Shown one piece after another: positions 35,564 through 41,115 of a DNA stretch of 41,115 bases. The position numbers and the translations under genes are program-made. This DNA is from a virus: IMG/VR virus record IMGVR_UViG_3300028840_005768, positions 64,987 through 106,101 of that record. The stretch is one strand, 5' to 3'. Below the pieces are notes generated by a model that was not told the DNA's origin, ran no database searches, and worked only from the letters and a program-made list of their open reading frames with translations. Position 1 is the stretch's first letter, and the number at the start of each line of letters is the position of its first letter.

Positions 35564-36255
35564 GCTCTAGGCCCTCCACCTACTATCTCGCCGGTGTCCC
35601 GCTCGTGGCGGCGGATGATCCGCATTATCGCGACGTCGGTGTATGGCTTCCCGCGCTGCGTCGTCAATCCCTCCCCGTTAAATTGGTTGACAATGTCCCG
35701 GTAAGCGGCCCCTTGTCGCCGCATCGCAATGATTCGCGGTATCACGAAGGCGTAATAGTCTTGAGTCCGCTGCATCCGCACCTTAGCGGCAGCCTTCGTC
35801 CCCGCAAGGTTGCCCCGCAAATGCTCCCGATTCTTCCAATGACCGGGCCGAGCTGAGCCGAGCAGCATCCCATTCCTCTTCGCCTCTGCAAGACGTTCCT
35901 TCGTCCTCCGTGAATTCTCGATCGCATCCTCCTCCGCAACCGCGGCCAGAATACCGATTGTCTCGGAATTGAAGTGAGGATCATCGACCGCCAAAAAGGT
36001 GATTCCGGCGTCCACCAATCGAGATGTGAACGCGCGGCTCTTGGACAGCAGGCCCACGCGAGCCAGGAGCAGGGTCAACCTGTGCTTCCGGCAATAGGCG
36101 ATTGCCGAGTCCAGCTGAGGCCACCGGGGCTCGGTATCCGTGAACCGCTTCACGATCTCCATCTCATTAGCGCCAGTGAAGCTCTTCACCCGGGCCCGCT
36201 GCTGCTTCAGATCAGGGCGTGCAGGGGTCGCACGGAAGTGAACCACAACTTGCAT
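35560..36255 (-). CDS. Serine recombinase (resolvase family), catalytic motifs degenerate
   Basis: ILAAVAEEDAIENSRRTKERLAEAKRNGMLLG helix E and a C-terminal DNA-binding domain are present. YxRVS appears as HFRAT and DRLxR as GLLSK. Confidence 0.8.
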   Translation of the reverse strand: MQVVVHFRATPARPDLKQQRARVKSFTGANEMEIVKRFTDTEPRWPQLDSAIAYCRKHRLTLLLARVGLLSKSRAFTSRLVDAGITFLAVDDPHFNSETIGILAAVAEEDAIENSRRTKERLAEAKRNGMLLGSARPGHWKNREHLRGNLAGTKAAAKVRMQRTQDYYAFVIPRIIAMRRQGAAYRDIVNQFNGEGLTTQRGKPYTDVAIMRIIRRHERDTGEIVGGGPRA

Positions 36256-36296
36256 GTTGCCTCCTTAAACGGGTCAATGATGATGTAGCTACCTCA

Positions 36297-36324
36297 AGAA
36301 TACCCTGAAGATGTGGAAAGTCAA
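36297..36324 (-). promoter_or_regulatory. sigma70-like promoter for the recombinase operon
   Basis: TTGACT-16 bp-TATTCT, with AAGGAGG RBS downstream. Confidence 0.55.
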
Positions 36325-36492
36325 ACGGTTTCGGCACCAGAGCCGACAGAATCAACACACAGGTCAGGTCCGATAACACATACATGACAAAACAGGATCA
36401 GTTTCGAAAATCACCGTTTTGAGCATGACATAACGATACCTTTGAACTAGAATGATAATGAACACACCAAGCACACGGATCAGTAAATCACA

Positions 36493-36900
36493 ATGAAGAT
36501 CGACATTTACAGCGACCAGATGCAGGCCGCCTGGCAAGAAGGCGCCAACGCCTACATCCCCACGCACGATATCCCGCTCGCCCCGGAGGCTAGCCTATAC
36601 GAGGCCTCCGAGGCGAACCTCATCCAGCTCCTAGGTGCCGGGCTGCAGATCCGCCGGTTCCTGGCCGGACCGAATCAGGGTGTGCTGGCCGAGTTCGCCG
36701 ATGGGGCCCGGTACCTGGCGACGGGGTTCGGCTGGGGCTACGAGGGGAACGAGGTGGCCGCCTTCGCGCGGGTCTGCTGCGTGGCCGGCTTCGGCACGCA
36801 AGAGGACGTCTTCTACTTCCTCGCCAGCCTGCCTCGAGAGTTGACCGGGGAGATCCCCTTGGACGACATTCCGCCAGCGCCCTCGGAACCCCTCAACTAG
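36493..36900 (+). CDS. Hypothetical protein
   Basis: 135 aa with ATGFGWGYEG motif. Preceded by ATGACA-17-TAGAAT and followed by a hairpin. Confidence 0.65.
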   Translation: MKIDIYSDQMQAAWQEGANAYIPTHDIPLAPEASLYEASEANLIQLLGAGLQIRRFLAGPNQGVLAEFADGARYLATGFGWGYEGNEVAAFARVCCVAGFGTQEDVFYFLASLPRELTGEIPLDDIPPAPSEPLN

Positions 36901-36943
36901 GGGTGCCCGTGTAGCCGATACTGGGGATAGACACTGATGACTT

Positions 36944-36990
36944 GGCGTCGGGCGGCCCTTTTGATATGAGGCCGCCCGGCGTCATTTCTT
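36944..36990 (+). terminator. Probable intrinsic terminator
   Basis: GGCGTCGGGCGGCC...GGCCGCCCGGCGTC followed by ATTTCTT. Confidence 0.55.
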
Positions 36991-37011
36991 GCGCGGTGCC
37001 CGGCCCCGGGC

Positions 37012-37440
37012 TGTTCACTACGTAGTGAACATGGCTGATGCGGTGAACACGCGAGGCCGGTGGCCGGGTCGTCAGGAATTACCCTTTTCTTCAGACGGGT
37101 AATCTGACGCGTTGCGCCTAACTTGTTGTCAGCAAGGCAGTTACGTCAAACGTCTCCGGCGGCAATTACCGATTAAGTACTCATTTTTCAAAAGGGTAAT
37201 GGACTTAACCTGTTATCTCATAAGGAGTTAAGGTGGTTGAATTACCGAATTACTCATTTGGCCCATATCCTCTTATAGCGCTTTTTCTTTCCCCTTCTGA
37301 AGTACTTTTCTTCTAACTACATGTTTGGCAAAGAGTAATGAGTAATTCAGTAATCTAATATACGGAAGTGTAATTCACGTAACGACTTAAGTGAATTACT
37401 AATGTATTTTCGAGACCATTACCCAATTACCCATTTGGCC
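37012..37440. other. AT-rich non-coding tract with clustered ATTAC/GTAAT motifs (origin-like)
   Basis: About a dozen ATTAC or GTAAT copies in both orientations around a pyrimidine tract (37270-37315). Perfect palindrome TGTTCACTACGTAGTGAACA at 37012-37031. Confidence 0.5.
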
Positions 37441-37933
37441 GAAATCAGCTCAGATCCGCCTCGACGACCTCGAATTTGTACCGCCCGAGAGGGGCGTGTA
37501 CCACCCATTGGCCCGGGTATCGGATCCGGCCGGCTCGCGGGTTCGAGCCTCGATTTTACCTCTTGTGAGGGATTTTGCCCTCACAAGAGGGAGTTCTGAC
37601 ACCCATTGGTGGGGCGAATTTGAGCGATGGGACCCACGTCAGCGCCCTCGATCTGACCCACCAGGGTACCCCTCGACGCGTCGGTCCTCCATCTGGCTGC
37701 ACTGAGCGTGTCGAAAGGGCAGCGGGTTGTGAGGGTGGGAGGGGTGGTGTCATCGGTGTCGAATTTAACCCCGCCGGGCCGGCCACCCCTCGGTACCACC
37801 CCTACGATCGGTACAGACCGACCATCAAGGTCGGGTTGTGTTGGAGCTGAGGATTCCTCGGCTCACGACCAGCTAGGATACCCATTCTGAGGGGTGTCAG
37901 ACCGCGGTGTCCGATAGCCTATGTTATCGGACA

Positions 37934-38015
37934 CCGGGAGCCGGTCGCGGTCCGCTCGTCACCGGGAGCCGGGAGCCGGTCGCGGTCCGCCGGGAGCCGG
38001 TCGCGCGGTCCGGTG
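37934..38015. repeat. Short heptamer-family repeat patch
   Basis: CCGGGAG and CCGGTCGCGGTCCG units. Confidence 0.8.
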
Positions 38016-38143
38016 TCCGCTATTGTTACAATGCGCCCCATAATGTATCGAATCGGCCGCGCTTCCTAACCGCGCGCTGGTCGACGGCCCTAAGTTGTTA
38101 CCCTACAATAGTTTACGGTTCTGTTTACGTACACTTGTAATTG

Positions 38144-38787
<644 letters not shown>

Positions 38788-38789
38788 AT

Positions 38790-38984
38790 ATTTTCTCTCA
38801 GAATTTTGTAACGATTGCCCTAATTATTCACCCTAATCCCTCGCTAGGGTGTCTTATTCTGCAATCGCGACACCGCGCGCCCCGATTCTAGGCGAGAATC
38901 CGGCCGGATTCCTCATATATAGGGGCGTTTCCGCGCTTGCAGATACGACATTACTCGCAACCCCTTGTGTCATATAGGTTTACA
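38790..38984 (+). repeat. ~200-bp conserved block, copy A
   Basis: Shares 37-bp and 36-bp identical segments with 39252-39458. Confidence 0.9.
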
Positions 38985-38989
38985 ATTCA

Positions 38990-39018
38990 TTGACAAATGG
39001 TTGCGGGTGGTGTAGAAT
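38990..39018 (+). promoter_or_regulatory. Consensus sigma70 promoter
   Basis: TTGACA-17 bp-TAGAAT followed by an AGGAGG RBS. Confidence 0.85.
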
Positions 39019-39037
39019 TGAATAGGAGGAAACACCT

Positions 39038-39196
39038 ATGTCTGACTACACTAATCTTGCGGCGATTCGGTATTATTTTGAAGCCCCTCCGCACGGGCGT
39101 AAGGTCACTATTGATGAGTTAGTGGCTCTTAGCCCTGTTGAGTTAGCCGAATTGGCATATCTGGTGTGCTGTGAGATACTGCCCCAGGAGACATAA
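39038..39196 (+). CDS. 52-aa hypothetical early protein (not in ORF track)
   Basis: MSDYTNLAAIRYYFEAPPHGRKVTIDELVALSPVELAELAYLVCCEILPQET, with a strong promoter and RBS. Confidence 0.75.
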   Translation: MSDYTNLAAIRYYFEAPPHGRKVTIDELVALSPVELAELAYLVCCEILPQET

Positions 39197-39200
39197 TGAT

Positions 39201-39246
39201 ACCAGACACCGGACACCGGACACCGGACACCAGACACCAGACACCG
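39201..39246. repeat. Heptamer array (CCAGACA / CCGGACA, about 6 units)
   Basis: Starts 5 nt after the stop codon of 39038..39196. Confidence 0.9.
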
Positions 39247-39251
39247 CGCCC

Positions 39252-39458
39252 ATTTTCTCACTAAATTCTGTAGCGACTCTATCGGTTATTCACTCTAATC
39301 CCCTCGCTAGGATGTATTATTCTGCAATCGTGACAACCCGCGCCCCGATTCTAGGCGAGAATCCGGCCGGATTCCGCGCCGATACCTCATATATAGGGGC
39401 GTTTCCGCGCTTGCAGATACTACACTGCTTGCAACCCCATTGCCTATAACAGTTTACG
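39252..39458 (+). repeat. ~200-bp conserved block, copy B
   Basis: Direct repeat of 38790-38984. Confidence 0.9.
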
Positions 39459-39463
39459 TCTAA

Positions 39464-39492
39464 TTGACACCCCGTTGCCAGTAATGTAAACT
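39464..39492 (+). promoter_or_regulatory. sigma70 promoter
   Basis: TTGACA-17 bp-TAAACT, with the same 5-bp offset from the 29-bp palindrome as the 38990 promoter. Confidence 0.8.
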
Positions 39493-39531
39493 AGAGTAGA
39501 GACATAATCCTATTACCTATGGGGGTTACCT

Positions 39532-39624
39532 ATGTTCGCTTTTGCCGCTTTACTGCTTGTCGCGGTCGGATTCGGCATTGCTGCGCTTGCTACCTCAGGC
39601 GCAGGAATCGGGGGGCGTTTCTAA
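39532..39624 (+). CDS. 30-aa hydrophobic membrane peptide (not in ORF track)
   Basis: MFAFAALLLVAVGFGIAALATSGAGIGGRF, with a GGGGG RBS and TAATG coupling to the next ORF. Confidence 0.5.
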   Translation: MFAFAALLLVAVGFGIAALATSGAGIGGRF

Positions 39625-39770
39625 TGGGAGGTAGAATCCGCAAGCTTGACGTAGTTAGACACCCTATGCTGATTATCCGGGGTTTCGGCTTTCGGGTATT
39701 CATGCGGTGTCTACTGGCAAAACAGGGTGAGACGTTTCTCGGAATTCTCGCGAAAGAACACAGAATCTAG
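39624..39770 (+). CDS. 48-aa basic hypothetical protein
   Basis: MGGRIRKLDVVRHPMLIIRGFGFRVFMRCLLAKQGETFLGILAKEHRI, coupled start. Confidence 0.5.
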   Translation: MGGRIRKLDVVRHPMLIIRGFGFRVFMRCLLAKQGETFLGILAKEHRI

Positions 39771-39796
39771 GCTTTACAACTTGGGAGGATTACACC

Positions 39797-41050
39797 ATGC
39801 AACGTATTGATTGTGGCGAACAAATCGATCTTACGCTTCCCACCGGAGTTATCAGTCAATCCGGTCGCCGCGAAATTAACACCTATTTGCAATCCTTGGG
39901 TTTGCCCAGATTGCCGGTTTGGTGGGAATGGATTAGTCGTAAGGGGGGTAGGGGTGAGTACGTGGGAAGCTTCCCTAAGCGCGTCGCCAAGTATTACTAT
40001 CAAACCGTATCGTTCAAGTTGGACCCCGCCCAACTAGGGCATATCGGCAGTATGGTATCGCGCCACACAAACCGGGAGAATTGGTATTGTATCGACTTTA
40101 CTGATTCTTTCGATTGGCAGGATGGTGACTTCGGTGACGATGATTCCTGTTTTTGGGGTGGTCGGAGTCAGGCACGGTCTGACTTAGAATCCGCTGGCGC
40201 GCTTGCTATCCGATTTTACAATGCTGACGGTTATGGCATCGGTCGCGCTTGGATGCTTGACAAGGGCCCCTATTGGGCGGTTTTCAATGGGTATGGCGTG
40301 GAAACCCCCGATTGTGCTCGGATTCTCGCCTATCATCTTGGGTTGTCATATCGCAAGGTTAGTTGTGACAATCGGGGCGATTCTACCGGTTTGATCTATG
40401 TAAACGGTGGCGCCGGTTATATCGTGGGGCCTGAGGAAAACGTCAATGGTGTCGATTATGTCGACCTTGACGTTGACACCAACGAAACCGTCTGTTGTGT
40501 TTGTGGCGAGTGTGTCGACGAAGACGGTGGTATCTACTCGTACGATAATGACTATTATTGCGAGTCGTGCTATTACGACCGATTCTCGCATTGTGAGGAT
40601 TGCAGCGAAACGTACCCCTCTGACGATTTTGTCGAAGTGACAAATCATAGGGGTTATGCTCAGTATGTCTGCGAATACTGCGCTGACAATTACCCGGAAT
40701 GTGAGGATTGTAACAGGCGGTTCGCGACCGATTGTATGAACGAGATTGACGGTCGCGCCGTCTGTGACGACTGTGCTTCCGAGTATCCGACTTGTGAGGA
40801 TTGCGGAGACTGGTGCAATACTCGTCAATCTGACGGTCGTGTCATCTGTGATGACTGTTGGGGCAAGTATATCGTTTGTGAGGAATGTAACACCTATTCC
40901 GATTACTTGACCGATCTTGACGGTCGTGCGGTTTGTGTGGCCTGTTCGGTCCGCTTACGGTCCGCCGGACACCAGACACCGGACACCGGGAGCCGGGAGC
41001 CGGTCCGCCGGGAGCCGGTCCGCCGGGAGCCGGTCGCGGTTTGCCAATAG
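39797..41050 (+). CDS. Hypothetical protein with five tandem double-CxxC zinc-ribbon repeats
   Basis: GGGAGG RBS. N-terminal domain with DSCFW and IGRAW, then ten CxxC motifs. The last ~28 codons derive from the heptamer repeat. Confidence 0.8.
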   Translation: MQRIDCGEQIDLTLPTGVISQSGRREINTYLQSLGLPRLPVWWEWISRKGGRGEYVGSFPKRVAKYYYQTVSFKLDPAQLGHIGSMVSRHTNRENWYCIDFTDSFDWQDGDFGDDDSCFWGGRSQARSDLESAGALAIRFYNADGYGIGRAWMLDKGPYWAVFNGYGVETPDCARILAYHLGLSYRKVSCDNRGDSTGLIYVNGGAGYIVGPEENVNGVDYVDLDVDTNETVCCVCGECVDEDGGIYSYDNDYYCESCYYDRFSHCEDCSETYPSDDFVEVTNHRGYAQYVCEYCADNYPECEDCNRRFATDCMNEIDGRAVCDDCASEYPTCEDCGDWCNTRQSDGRVICDDCWGKYIVCEECNTYSDYLTDLDGRAVCVACSVRLRSAGHQTPDTGSREPVRREPVRREPVAVCQ

Positions 41051-41115
41051 ACACCAGACACCGGGAGCCGGACACCGCGCCGGGAGCCGGACACCGCGCC
41101 GGGAGCCGGGAGCCG
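40964..41115. repeat. Heptamer-family array continuing off the window
   Basis: CCGGACA, CCAGACA and CCGGGAG units. Confidence 0.9.

Noticed and set aside
35560-36255. Functional prophage integrase
   Set aside because: Too short for a large serine integrase, catalytic residues appear lost, and no att site or host boundary is identifiable.

Overview
This window is about 41 kb of a tailed dsDNA phage or prophage (siphovirus-like; the host is possibly a planctomycete, inferred only from gene style such as the TadE protein). Bases 1-28440 are a minus-strand morphogenesis block. Read in transcription order it contains: terS-like gene; a cysteine-protease/thioredoxin/secreted-protein cluster; lambda-GpA-type terL; portal; decoration protein; head connector; scaffold; P22-coat-like capsid; holin-like gene; head-tail proteins; two paralogous tail tube proteins; a tail chaperone with a -1 frameshift; tape measure; and tail-tip/fibre genes. 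Bases 28598-33393 are a tightly coupled plus-strand operon containing SufU/IscU, a radical SAM enzyme, DeoC, a nucleoside 2-deoxyribosyltransferase-like protein and a metallophosphoesterase. Bases 33462-36900 hold a SprT-like protease, a TadE pseudopilin and an apparently inactive serine recombinase. Bases 36990-41115 are mostly non-coding: an ATTAC-rich ori-like tract, six 29-bp (11-7-11) imperfect palindromes, phased heptamer arrays, and repeated ~200-bp blocks each followed by a consensus sigma70 promoter driving small genes. The best candidates for undescribed systems are (i) the Fe-S/radical-SAM/deoxyribose operon, (ii) the repeat-palindrome-promoter cassette array, (iii) a shared N-terminal leader on capsid and scaffold, and (iv) the protease/thioredoxin envelope module. 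All product calls come from motif recognition by eye; no database searches were run.
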